A stretch of DNA of 64,000 bases from Oikopleura dioica. Taxonomy: Eukaryota; Animalia; Chordata. The notes under the pieces were generated by a model, which saw only the letters and a program-made list of their open reading frames with translations, had not been told where the DNA came from and ran no database searches. Shown here in pieces: positions 35,486 through 48,371 of this stretch. The stretch is from NCBI GenBank assembly GCA_907165135.1, contig OU015568.1:9672001-9736000 (forward strand). The letters are read 5' to 3'. Positions within the stretch are counted from its first letter, which is position 1, and the number at the start of each line of letters is the position of its first letter. The position numbers and the translations under genes were made by a program.

Positions 35486-38400
35486 ATGGTGAATGTACTA
35501 ATGGTGGCTGAGAAGCCATCATTAGCGCAGTCGATTGCGGAGATCTTGTCAAACAGAAATATGTCTACCAGGCCGGCGAAGACTGGGAATGGTTGAATTT
35601 CGTTCATTTATATTACTCAGATACCATCTAGCAGCATATTTCATACATCGTGATAGATGTCTAGCTGATTTTGCTTTCCTCACAGTACTGACAATGGCGA
35701 CGATGAAATTTGTTGTCCGTAAGATGCCGGGATCTTTATGATTCTTACTAAAATTCAACCGCAAAAGCGGCCCATGCAAAGTTCACGAGTACAAGGGACA
35801 GTATAAAGGCAAGCCAGCGACATTTAAAGTCACCTCGGTTTGCGGTCACGTCTTCTCAATCGACTTTGAGTCCAAGTTCAACAACTGGGACAAGACCGAC
35901 CCGGCCGAGTTGTTCTCCGCGGGGACAGTGAAGGACGAGGCAAATCCAAAAATGCACATGAGAAAGCATCTGAAGACGGAGTCTTCCAGCTGCGATGAGT
36001 TGGTTTTGTGGCTGGATTGTGATAGAGAGGGAGAAAATATCTGTTTTGAAGTGATGAGCTGCATCCCTCACATTCGTGGAAACAGCGTCAAAAGAGCTCA
36101 TTTCTCCGCAATTACCGACAAAGACATCAAAAAAGCAATGAACAATCTCGGCTCTCCCAACAAACTCGAGTCCCTAGCTGTCGATGCTCGACAAGAACTA
36201 GACCTTCGTATCGGCTGTGCATTCACTCGATTTCAGACGAAATTCTTCCAGGGCCAATATGGAGATTTGGATTCAAATTGCATCTCATACGGGCCTTGTC
36301 AAACTCCAACCCTTGGATTCTGCGTCGAGCGACACGATCAAATCACGAAATTCAAGCCGGAGAAATTCTGGAGAATGAATTTAGCCGTGCAGACAGAAAA
36401 CTCCGGAAACTTATATGCGGAATGGCAACGAGGGCGAATTTTTGACCAAGGCATCGCGAATATGCTCCATAGCAAAGTGAAGAATATCAAATCTGCGATT
36501 GTCCAAAGTGTAACGAAGAAAGCGAAAGCGAAACAAAGACCAGTTGCGTTGAATACAGTCGAGCTGTTGAGGGTTTGCTCGGCCAAGTTGGGAATTGGGC
36601 CTGCTCAGGCGATGGTCAGTGCTGAGAGGCTTTATACACAGGAAAGAGACAGAAAGATTAAAATAAAACTGACTTCTCCAAAGACTCATCCTCTATTTAT
36701 CATAAAATAATGTCTGTTTTGATCTCTCGAAAGGGTTACATTTCCTACCCTCGAACAGAAACCACCTCATACTCTCCAAACTTCGACTTTCGCCCTATCA
36801 TTTCAATGCTGCAGCATTCCGGCCCTCATTCTGCCGCTGCTCAAGAATTACTGACTGGCTCTTCTCCCAACCCAAGAAAAGGCGAAGACAAAGGTGACCA
36901 TCCACCAATCACTCCTCAACGAAATTGCTCTGAGTCCGAAGTTGGCGGTGAAGCTTACCGAGTTTATAATTACGTTGCCAGCCACTTCCTGGCTTCCTTG
37001 ATGAAAGACTATAAGTACGAGCAGACGGAAATTACTGTCAAAGTGGGCAATGAAACGTTTTATCTGACGGCGAACCGGGAGAAGGAAAAAGGCTTTGCTC
37101 TGGCGATGACAAATGTTGGAGTCGAGGAATCCGTTTTACCGGATGTTCAAAAAGGTAAAGAATCGAGATGAATGATGCTCTTTTCTTCCCAAAAATAAAG
37201 CCTAATCAATCAATTTAGGAAGTTCGCTAAATGTATCATCATGTCAATTGGAAGAAAAATACACTGGCCCTCCAGATTACCTAACAGAGTCAGATTTAAT
37301 TACCCTTATGGAAAAACACGGAATCGGAACCGACGCCTCCATCCCCGTCCACATCAATAACATCGTCCAAAGAAACTATGTTCAGCTCGTTTCGGGAAGA
37401 AAGCTCGAGCCGACAGAACTGGGGGTCGTTCTAGTCCATGGATACAAGAAGATCGATCCCGATTTGGTCAAACCGCAGATGAGAGCGTCAGTAGAAAAGC
37501 AACTTGATTTGATTGCCCTTGGAAAGACGGATTTTAAAACGATGGTCGATTATGTCTTGAATATTATGCTAAGAAAGTTTCACTACTTTGTGGATCATAT
37601 AAACATGATGGATTCGCTCATGGAGACCAAATTTACTTCTTTGAGGTAAGCTGCTCAAAGAGTTGCTCAAGCAACTTTGAGGTAAAAGCATCTTTATCTT
37701 ATATTTTAACTCAATTTAAATATAAAATCTGATTTTAGTTCAGCTGGCAAGCCGTTTTCAAAGTGTGGCAAATGTAGACGTTTCATGAAGCTAATCGAAG
37801 CAAAGCCGGTGCGCTTATACTGCCCTACATGTAGCGACACTTACAGTCTTCCAAGTGGCCTCCACATAAAGTTATATCAGGAGAAAAAGTGTCCTTTGGA
37901 TGATTTTGAGCTTCTGCTCGCCGCGTCTGGCGGCTCTAGCTCAACTGGATTTGCCATCTGTCCGTATTGGTAAGACAAAATTATTCTGAGAAACATAATG
38001 CGCGAATTTGTAGTTATAATAATCCACCGTTCCCGGGTATGCCAGATCCGGCGCCTTGTTCTTCTTGCTTGCATCCTAGTTGCTCGCAAAGTTTGAGGCG
38101 AACGGGGGTCACTGCGTGTTCTGAGGTAGAATAAAAACTATATGAGCGGCATTTTTATTATTTTGCGAGGAACTTTGATTCAGTAATATTTTAAATTTTA
38201 GTGCGATGATGGAATTATTTATTTGGACCCAAGCTCAAAACCAAAGTGGCGTCTTTCGTGTAACAACACAAATTGTAAAGTTGTTGTGAAAATATTCGAG
38301 GGAGCGCACAAAGTAGACGTCCTGGATGAAGCCTGCAAAACTTGTGAAACGAAGATCTTGTTCTGCGAGTTTAAAAATGGCAAGGAACCGAAAGCGCTGG

Positions 38401-38609
38401 AAGGTGCCTCGACGCACAAAGGATGTATCTTCTGCGACGCAATCTTTTCCAAGCTCGTTTCTGTCAGAAGCGCGACGAGAGCTAGAACAGCTGCTCAGGC
38501 AGGAAGATCGAGGAGAGGCAGAGGTCGTGGAAGGGGAGGAGCAAGAGGCGGTGGCAGAGGCAAACCACCGCGAGATAAGATGTCAAACTTAGCAAACTAC
38601 TTTGTTTGA
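35486..38609 (+). CDS. TOP3B: DNA topoisomerase III beta
   Basis: MVNVLMVAEKPSLAQSIA, VTSVCGHV, LWLDCDREGENICFEV, catalytic GYISYPRTET, GIGTDASIPVHI, C-terminal Zn-ribbon Cys clusters and an RGG tail. Confidence 0.97.
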
Positions 38610-38711
38610 TTAAACTTTAGTTCAAATTGAATTACGAAAAAAGTTATCACTTCACAGTTCAAAATTCTTTCATTGAGCCATTTTTCTTCTCAGAATGATT
38701 TGAAGCGTTAG

Positions 38712-39722
38712 ATGCTCACTTCGGACATTGGCGGGTTGGTATGCATCGCGCTGGTGTACCTTTTCGTCGGTTATGCTAATTTCGTCGTAATCTTTCATCT
38801 TGCTTCGCCATGCTTTTCATTGCCAGCAGCCTTGACTTTCTGTATAAGTAAGTAAACTATTTGTTTCCGGCAGACTAGACCTGTCTCCTTTTACTTACAC
38901 ACTGTACTTCAGTATTTGCTGTATTCTCTATCGGCCTTATTGCGTCACACCTACAGTGCATGCTCAATGATCCTGGATACGTCCCGGTTCCTGATGTCAA
39001 AATTGACTTTTCTGATACTGGTTCAAGAAAAGTAAGGGATGATGATTGGACTGTTTGCCAGGTAAGAGTCCCTTTACACTTCAATTTTTTATATTTTTCT
39101 AGCGATGCGAGATGTGGCGACCACCAAGAGCCTATCACTGTAAAGTATGTAAACGTTGCGTGAGAAAAATGGACCATCACTGCCCATGGGTTAACAACTG
39201 TGTTGGCGAAAAGAATCAGAGGTAAAAATAGACAGCATGAATTTATAGTACTCGTAGACAATCATGGAAAATAAGCGTCTCAAAGATTAAAAACCGTCGT
39301 TAAGATTCTTCGTCCTGTTTCTTGTTTACACGCTTCTGCTTTGCGCAGTTGCTGGCATAGTTATTGCACTGAGCTGGCGACTTATCTGGGAGATGGAATA
39401 CTCTGCACATGCCCCTCACGCGATGGGTCTTCTTATAGAAGCGTCTCTAATGGGCGTGTTTTCGATTATGATTTTGATGGATCAAGTCTCTTCTATCATT
39501 TCTGACGAGGTAAAACTATCGTGTTGGCAATCATCTAACGAAAACACATAGACTGCTGTAGAAAATATGAAAAGAAGCCGTGGCAAATTAGCAGCCAAAG
39601 CCGCAAATACCCAAAAGCCAACTCCAATCGCGCTGCTTCGTGGAATCTTTGGCCCTGGTGCATATTGGACTTGGCTCATCCCAATTCCAAAGCGATCTAC
39701 TGGCTATGTTCATCTTATTTAA
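38712..39722 (+). CDS. DHHC palmitoyltransferase (ZDHHC3/7-like)
   Basis: MLNDPGYVP and [38 protein letters not shown] (about 39105-39220), with flanking TM helices. Confidence 0.92.
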
Positions 39723-40287
39723 ATATTATAAATATTCTATCAAAGTACCTATGCTGCCCTTTTATATTTTGTTCACTATCTTGGTATTTACCCTGCATCC
39801 CATGTTACTGTGCAATACTCCCGGTTAATATAAACTATATTTTCACTTTTCGAAAATATTGGGCTCATCGGTATTGCTCAATAAAATGTGTGAGTTCTTC
39901 TTTTGCATCGTCAATATTAGTAATTACTTTCAACAAATTATTAATGTTCGGAGAACAAAAATTAGAAGTTACTAATTAGTTACTAATACGAATTAGAAGT
40001 ATGTTATAGCCAATTTTTCGGAATAAGTTATTCCTCAACAGGCAATTTAACGGAATCGCATGATTGTTATACCAAAGTTACGAAAAGTGTCCATGGCATT
40101 AGCTTGACCTTGTCTAGTCTCAGGATCAGACAGTTTCTATTTCGCAAAGATAAATATGAAAGGTGACCAGAGTCGCATGAGTTCACTTTCGCTAACCCAG
40201 TGCATTCCAACCAATATTGACAAAAGCTTCGTTATAAAACAAGGCAGACATCAAATTTCCTGCCATAACAAAAGTCTTAAAAGAAAA

Positions 40288-41955
40288 ATGTTTAGTAGAT
40301 TTTTTAATAAACATTATATCAGGCTATTTTTAAACTTTGCTGGTTCGCTGCTGATCCTAGAGAGCTTGCTTGGCAGTCTTTGGTTCGACATCGTTAATTT
40401 CAAGGTTGAGATCCAAGGTGAATTCCTCGAAGTCCGTGTCAGAGGAGGATTGTTCAAAGTTTGCTATCCAGAGTTTTATGAAGCAGAGAATGGAACATTG
40501 CTTCTCACGGGCGGGGAAGAGTGCAAATCATTTACAGACGTAGCAGGGATGAACATTACTCGTGGCTTTAAACTCTCCAACGGCTGCATCATCGTCGGTT
40601 TCTTCATTGGCCTGGCAATGCTGATTACACAGATGAAAAAGCGAGTTCGAGATCATCCTTTTATTGCGGAGGGTTATCTCATTGGATTTGGTCTCAATAT
40701 GGCAGCTGCTTCCATCGCACTTGGCGTAGTTACCAGCTCGGGTCTTCTCGTCTGCAACTGTCTGGACGAATTCGGAAGAGATGGGTGGATCAATGTTGTC
40801 GGGACGAATCTTATTTTGATATGCTTCTTTATCAGCGATACAAAAGTCAGTAACATGGAGTTTCGTCATCGAGGAATATGGTTCATGTACGAATTCTTTG
40901 CGTTCTTTGCTGTAATGCTGATAGTTTTCACCGGCCCAAGTTGGATCCACGATACGAGCAGATTTGATAATAGTCCATCTGAATTTTACCTCCATAATTT
41001 TAACCAAACAACCACGTCTACAACCTCAACAACTACCACGACAACAACGACGACTACTACAACAACGACAAAAGGTCGACCAACAATGTCCACTTCGAGG
41101 CCGACCTTGCCCACTTTTAGTCCAACTCTTCCATCAATCAGCCTGTCGACTCTTCCTACACTTCCTAACTTGAAACTAGAGCGTTGTCAGAAAAGGTAAT
41201 TCAATTTCAGCGAATCAAGATTTCATCGATTTCGCATATTCGCGAATTGTTGACAGATAGATTACACTCCAGCAGGTGCACTTGTTGCTCGAGGTAGACT
41301 CGAGTTCAGACATTGTTGAATTTGCTCTTGACAAATAAAGAAGTGAACTCAAATAGATTTTTATTTAGATTCGACATGTGGAACTATTGCGTAGGAATGT
41401 GTAACAGGGACGGCGAAGTTGATTACTGGGACTGTGTTCGTTGGGAGGAGTATCCAGATCAGATGGCCAGTTGGGATCACCCCGTCCCAACAGGCATTCG
41501 TCTTGCTAGAATCTGGTACATTTTGGCGATTGCCTTTGCTGTAATTACTTTTCAAAAGATCAAGAGTAGAGGTACAACTCAATTGATTTGAAAAACGTAT
41601 TCACTGAAATCATAGATGAGAACATCCGAAGCTTTATCCTCGGGTCGATGCTGTTCTGTTGCATTTCTGGAGTGAACATTTATGGCTTCAATCTGGTTCA
41701 ATCTTCGACAGTGATTCCGGGGCGATTTGAAGATAAACTTCCCTTCAATGCTCATTGCTCCGTTGGGGTAAGAAATCAGTAGCGAGTTCTCAGTGTTAAC
41801 TTATTTCAGGGATTCTATTCTATAATTTGCGCTGGCGCTCTCTTCGCAATCATATACTTTACTGATAGTATATTGTTCTTGTCAGAAACCAGAAAACCTT
41901 CACGAACAGATTCCATGCTGAAAGCATGAACCATTTTAACTGCCTATCTGTATAA
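40288..41955 (+). CDS. 8-TM protein with two tandem claudin/PMP22-like domains and a Thr-rich mucin insert
   Basis: Domain 1: TM-W...GLFKVC...C followed by 3 TM. Domain 2: TM-PSW, poly-Thr/Pro, FDMWNYC...DC, 3 TM. Exons join by GT-AG introns. Confidence 0.7.
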
Positions 41956-42247
41956 ATTGTATTTCATCAAAGAAATAAAACATGATGACAAAAACGAATG
42001 CGCGAGTCTCTATGAAGCGAGGATTCCTCAGAATATTTGCAGAGTAATATCGATTTGACATTTCGTAAAATATAGCGATCTGTGGAACGTTAATTTCTTA
42101 GGCGAGAAGACTTTCCTACACAATGACAATTCTCTTCTTCGTTACGGAAATTCGTTGAGAAAGCATTATTAATAAGAGCATGTCAATATGGCTGCATAAA
42201 AAGCAAGGGCATTGGAGAAATAGATTAGTTATAGACATCTACTAGAG

Positions 42248-43117
42248 ATGGAAGAAGTTGCAGCTTTTTACTGGAATTGCAGAAGATATGATGTCTTTGG
42301 TGCAATGGTCACAGCTTGGATATGGCTCTGCTTCAACAAAGCGATCATAGGAGTTTCATTTTGTTATGGAAGCGCGATAACGCACAGAAATGTCTTTTAC
42401 GAGTATGCTGTTGTTTGGCTTATATGTATCATCAACTTTATTGCATGCTGTCTTATCTTTACCTACTACTTCGATTATGGTGCGATTAGTATGCTTCGTG
42501 GAAGTCTAGCAATGTCGTGCTTAGGTAAAATAAGTTATGCTTCTTAGCTGCATGATATTTTAGCGCTGATTTTCTCTACTTTGCTAGCGATACAAGTCAT
42601 ACGAGAGCTTTGCATGTCGAAAAACCAGCAAGTTCGGGCGAATGCTGTCGCTGAGACAAATGCTACGACTCAATTTGATCAAAACGGGAATCTTGCTCCT
42701 CCACCTTACCAGAATCAACCTCAGCCTCAGCAACAACCTGTCGTTGTTCAGACTGTGGCTGCTCCACCACCGCCACCACCAGTCGGTAAGCAAGCAATTA
42801 GATTAATAAGATACTCATCATTATTTCAGCACCGACATACGTTCGATTACCAAATGGTCAGCTTCAGCTTATACAAACAGTACAGCAGCAAACACCTCAA
42901 ACTGTGTATGTCACGAATCCAGCACCTCAACCAGTTTATCCTGTGAAAACAAGCGAACAACATTTCTATAGCTTCGCAGTAGCACAGACTCTCTGTAAGT
43001 CATTAGTTTTCAAATCAAATTGAATATAGCAATTCAGTAATGATGACGAATATTGCCTTCTCTGCAATTTGCGTTGGATATCTTGCCTATGGTCTGGATC
43101 AATGTTATTATTATTAA
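42248..43117 (+). CDS. 4-TM protein with Pro/Gln-rich PPxY loop, tandem paralog 1
   Basis: MEE... start; shared HxNVFxEYxxVWLxCI motif; PPPY; final TM MxNIAFxA. Confidence 0.8.
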
Positions 43118-43447
43118 GATTTTTCTGTCCCAAACATTCAGTTGCTAGAATAAAAGTTTGCTTCTAAAATAAATCTCCAATATGTTTCGGATCTTCGTGA
43201 CATAGATAATGAACATTCTAAAAGTAAAGGCTTTGGCGCAGACTCGAGTGAATAGAGAAGAGAGAGTAACTGAGTTGCTATCTTACCCATAGTCAACGAT
43301 AAATTAATCATAGGAACTTGAGTCCTACGATTAGTAAAGATTCTACATACTCACCTAATGTCAACAACTGTAAATCGTCAAATAAGAGTTTGCAAATAGT
43401 CGCGTTTATAATGAACTGTATGCGTCTTTCTTCTCCTAAAAATCGTA

Positions 43448-44364
43448 ATGGAAGAGATTTTACCAGCAATTAATGATCGCGGCTACTGTTATTATGGAGA
43501 TATCAGTGGATCCTTCGTAACCGCCTGCATCTGGATTGGTTTTAATAAAGTGCTGCTCGGAATTTCCTTCTGCTACGGAAACAGAGTTGCACATAAAAAT
43601 GTCTTCTACGAATATTCATTGGTTTGGCTCATTTGTATTCTAAACCTTGTTGCGTGCATTTTGATCATCGTTCTTTGGTGCTCCGGCTACTACAGTAAAA
43701 ATTACGATTATTCTTACTATAATTCCGAAATTTCGTGGCCGATGTTTAGAGCTACAATTTCTATGACGACTCTCGGTAATTTTAATTCATTTTAAATTGA
43801 TAAATTAAAACTTATTAGCATTGGGTTTCTCAGTAATTCTGATGGTTCAAGTCATCCATCAATTTTGTGCTGCAAAAAATAAACAAATCCAAGAGTACTC
43901 TGACAATCAAAATGCTCCTCAAACAACTGCAGTCGATCAGCCATCAGATATAGTCCCACCTCCAGCATATCCACAGCAGCAGACAGTCACGATTCAAGCA
44001 CCTCCTAATCAATCGCTACCTCAGGGTACTCCACAAGGTTGTTCCGAAAACATATGTAACATATTTCACGATATTTTTAGCTCCGACTTATATTCAACTT
44101 CCAAACGGACAGGTTCAATTAATTCAGCCAGGTCAAGCTCAAACTGTCTACGTCACTGCACCAAAGCCGCCACCAATCTATAAAACAAGCGAAGAACACC
44201 TTGCTACTTTTCAATGGCCGAAGCTTTCAGTAATTGAGGGCAAGTATGAATTTTTTCTAAGAAATATTTTAGTGATGATTCTTAATATCGCTTTTGCTGC
44301 AATCAGCCTTTCCTATCTTGCAATGGGTTTTCAGCTCTGCAAGAAGTACGACTCAAACGCCTAA
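43448..44364 (+). CDS. 4-TM protein with Pro/Gln-rich PPxY loop, tandem paralog 2
   Basis: MEEILPAINDRGYCYY; HKNVFYEYSLVWLICI; PPPAY and PPPIY; ends CKKYDSNA*. Confidence 0.8.
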
Positions 44365-44498
44365 TGACTCTTTCAAGACTTCAAATTTGAACTTTTACTG
44401 TACTGAAAAGTCATTTCGTCAACATTCTTAGCTTGTTCATAGAGAGCACGCAAACGTTTGAATAAATTTCAGACTGCTGTATTTTCATCAAGATCTTG

Positions 44499-45405
44499 AT
44501 GGAAGAAATTTTACTTGCAATTGATGATCGCGGCTATTGTTATTATGCAGACATTGCTGGGGCATTTATCCCTGCCTGTCTTTGGATCTTCTACAATATA
44601 TTTTTGTTTGCAGTCTCGTTCCTTTTTGGAAACAAAGTGACGCACAAAAATGTGTTTTCCGAATATTTTTTGGTTTGGCTCGTTTGTATTCTCAACCTAA
44701 TTGCTTCTGTTTTGATCATTATACTTATTTTCTCCGACTATTACAGCGATAACGATCATGGAGAGGGAACGGATATAAGAATTTAGTTAATTTACTATAC
44801 TTTCGGTTACTTTTATATCCTCCTACAACCACAGTAACCACGGCCATAAAAATGTGCCTTGGCCGATGTTACGAGCTTCTCTTTCAATAACCAGCCTAAG
44901 TAAACACTTGCCGTTTTAATCAATAAATTATCTTTCTAGCACTTGGTTTTTCTGATATTTTAATGGGCCAGGCGATTCATCAATTCTGTGCTGCGAAAAA
45001 TAGGCAAATACAGGAGTATTCAATCAATGAACAAAATAATGCTCGACAAACCACGGAAAATAATCAACAAATAAATCCCAGCTCACCAATTTCAAATCAG
45101 CAGATACAAACAACAACGATTCAAGCGCCTTCCCTTTATCAGAATCCCATTCACTCTCCACCTCCTCCTGAAGCACAAGCTCAATTTGCCTACATCTCTC
45201 CGCCAGAGCCGCCACCAGTTTATAAAACGAACGAAGAGCGTCTGTCTTGGTTTACAGGGGCAGAAGCAATAAGTAATTTAATAAGCAAGATATTTTTTAA
45301 AAATATATTTTAGTGATGATGCTGAACATAGCTTTTGCAGCGACATGCCTTTACTTTCTAACAGTGGGTCTCAAGATCTGTAAGAAATACGACTCAAATG
45401 CCTAA
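44499..45405 (+). CDS. 4-TM protein with Pro/Gln-rich PPxY loop, tandem paralog 3
   Basis: MEEILLAIDDRGYCYY; HKNVFSEYFLVWLVCI; PPPVY; ends CKKYDSNA*. Confidence 0.8.
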
Positions 45406-45569
45406 CCACTGTTACAAAAACTTCTTATTTTGATTTGAAATAGATAAGCTCAGACATAAAGAGGGGATATATAGGGAAAGAAATATCAGTAAAGTAGGTC
45501 CGGAAAAAAACCTGGGACTCAGAAGGATTTTCATAAATCATAAAAGAAAATCCCCTTCCGATATAATGT

Positions 45570-47587
45570 CAAGAATTGATGAAGCACCGTCAAATCAAAC
45601 GCTTGAGTCCTTATTTCTTTGAACAAAAAACTTAGATAAGAGCAAAATTTATTCATGAGTTTTGTTGACAACGAAGTACTGGACGACAATACAGGTTTTC
45701 TCATCTTTTAGAAACTTTTCAACTTGCAGATTCTGATAAATCTTTTGATCCAACTATTAGCCTTAACATTTTCTGCGAGGTGAGAGTTTGTCACTCAGCC
45801 AAGCGAAAAAGTTAACTTTTTGGGATTAGGGAATCTCAGAGGATGATCCGCTTCTGATTCATGAAGTACGCGATTTTCTTGTGAAGGGCGATTTTTTTTT
45901 TCTTTTGCAGATAATTTTATGAGAGAAAATAGAAGATTCGATTTTTTAGAAAGGGACGTTTTTGCTGTTGACTTATCTGAGGAACGGGTCAAATTCTCCA
46001 CGTTGATTGAGTTTTACTAAATTTCGAAATAAAAACGAAATAGGCCGCTTAAAAACCCGCTCTCTACCTTTATTTCTGTCATTTGAAAATATGATCCTGA
46101 AAAAGAAAACTTACGCTGCTATCAAATGCCAGAAAAAGCTCAAAATTCGAGCATGCCCGAATGAAATATGCCCAGAATTTATCAAGCGAGGGGAGGATGA
46201 GTATCTCCTGAAAGATCTCGCGACAATATACGATGGAACTATCTTGAGCTGTGGGAGAAAAGGAATTATTCTTCGATTAGGAACTTGGTCAAGAGTTTCA
46301 ATCTCAAAATACATAACAGAAAAGTGACCGAAAGACAGTTCATAGTCCTGCATTTGTCAAGCTAGAAACAGCGATATCCAAATCGACATGTCGAATAGAC
46401 CACAGTTTTCCAGGAAAAGTTCAGAACCTTGTTTTTCTATTGATAGAAAAAATGTTTCTAACTCCCAGAAGCGCCGAAAGTCAGATGGCTTTCCGCTAGT
46501 GATCAAGGACAGGAAGTGAATATTGAGATTCATAAGATGAATGATTTTCACGAGCTCGAGTCAGTCCTCAATAAAAGTCCTCGTTGATTGCAGCAACCAA
46601 GATGAGTGGATGTTCGACAGCTGTATCGAAGACAAAGCGCCTAATTGCCAGGGTGATTGGAAACGGTCCTCGCTCGATCTAACAAAAGCGTCGAGTAATT
46701 GTAGCTATCTTTCCCTCTGATTCAGTCAAAACATAAAACAACACCTTCTCGTAAAACCCAACCAACTCGTAAACGGAAATTTTGTCTGCACCAGAGCGAA
46801 AACTTTTTCAAAGAGAATTTTTTATTCGTCGATTTATCTAGCGAGAAACAGTCGAAACTGCCCTTGCTCACGAGGTAAGCGAATAAATCATCGATAATCG
46901 TTGATTATTTTGCCCAAGACTTGGAAATTTACGATTCTGGGCGAAAGACGGCACTTCATTGTCAAGTTGACTACCTAAGTGTTTACGAAAATCGCATCGT
47001 TGAAACAAGCAAGACGATTTATTTGAGAGATCCTCTTTGGAGCAATTTAGACTTGAACTTCCTGATGGATGGAGATCTACGAAAGAATGGTAAGGGCGAA
47101 TCGGTGGAGAGGAAAAATTGCCTTCATGTCTAAGGGATAAGCATTAATAATCAATACAAATATGATTATTTATTAAGCATTATTAATTTTGAGTTTCTTT
47201 TAGAGACGTTGACGGAGAGCATCCCTCACGAAAATCAATCACAAAATACGACGAGAGACGGCACAATAGCGATGGGATTGCCAGTGACCTGGATACTCAT
47301 CAGCGGTGGAGCCAGTCTTTTCCTGGTCTGCTTGATCATCGTTGCCCTTGGAATGATAAGACGAAAGAGAGCGCAGAAAGCGATGATGAAAAAGGGGAAG
47401 AACAACAGACCAACAAGGTAAGAAAAACACTATTATTAGTCGTACTCATACATTTCTCAGAAGATCGACATTAGAACATCGACTTGATGCTCAGGATCTT
47501 TTATTACGACTGCCAAGGGATGCAGCCTCAAAACCCGACTCTCCTAAACCAGTTTAACAAGTTCTGCAACAAGTTTCGCAATATATA
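45570..47587 (+). CDS. Putative type I single-pass membrane protein, multi-exon
   Basis: TM LPVTWILISGGASLFLVCLIIVALGM followed by the basic stop-transfer RRKR (47209-47421); several short upstream exons with Cys. The 5' end is uncertain. Confidence 0.45.
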
Positions 47588-48371
47588 AGCACATAAAACT
47601 GAGTTGAGATTTATTAAATAAGCTTCTGGGCGTCTGGGTTACTGCAAGCAAGTTACTGCCTGTCTAACTAATACTTAAACCATTCAAGAATTTAAATACT
47701 GCAATAACAAAAGTCTGATGATTTTATCAAACTTTAGTTCGATAATTTTTGATAACATTTTATGCTTTTTTTGCATTTTTGTAGGAGTAACTTTTTGTTG
47801 AAGTGGAACAGTCGATACATGATTCATGTAACATGAAGTAAAATCATCGAGAATTGCATTTGAGAACCCAAGAGTTTTCCGTAAAAGAGTGATTTGGGAG
47901 ATTGCAGGTTACAATGCATAGAAAATAAAATATGAATATAAATGGCTGAATAAAGAAGGATATTCATATACAAAAAAATGGCGAAACTCGGAATTCGGAA
48001 ACGCCGGCGCAAAGTTTTGTTGAACTACTACGGGACTACAGACCCTCTACTGAATACACTTTTGAAGCTATAGAGAGAAGTGGCGGTGTTTAACTGTACA
48101 TAGAAACATGGATTTTCAGTAACTTAGCAGAATGCTCTTTCAGGATATTTGAAAACGTATTTCCCCTGGAAAGAAAAAAAGAATGAAGAGCGACTTTAAA
48201 AACAGCTGTGACAGTAAGGAGGATAAAATATAAACAGAATCATTAAATAAATAAATGAATTTGCTTGATTCTTGCGATAAAGTTGGAACAAAAGAGAAAT
48301 CGACGATTTGAGCAAGTAAAAAAAGTTTAACGAGTGGAGCCAAGTTACCAGATTTCGATGTTTTGATTATA

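Noticed and set aside
41005-41070. ACN-rich microsatellite-like tract
   Set aside because: It encodes the in-frame poly-Thr segment with mixed codons and is not a separate repeat element.
46007-46551. Overlapping plus and minus ORFs near 46.0-46.5 kb as a separate gene
   Set aside because: The coding strand and frame could not be decided; they may be exons of the type I membrane protein gene.
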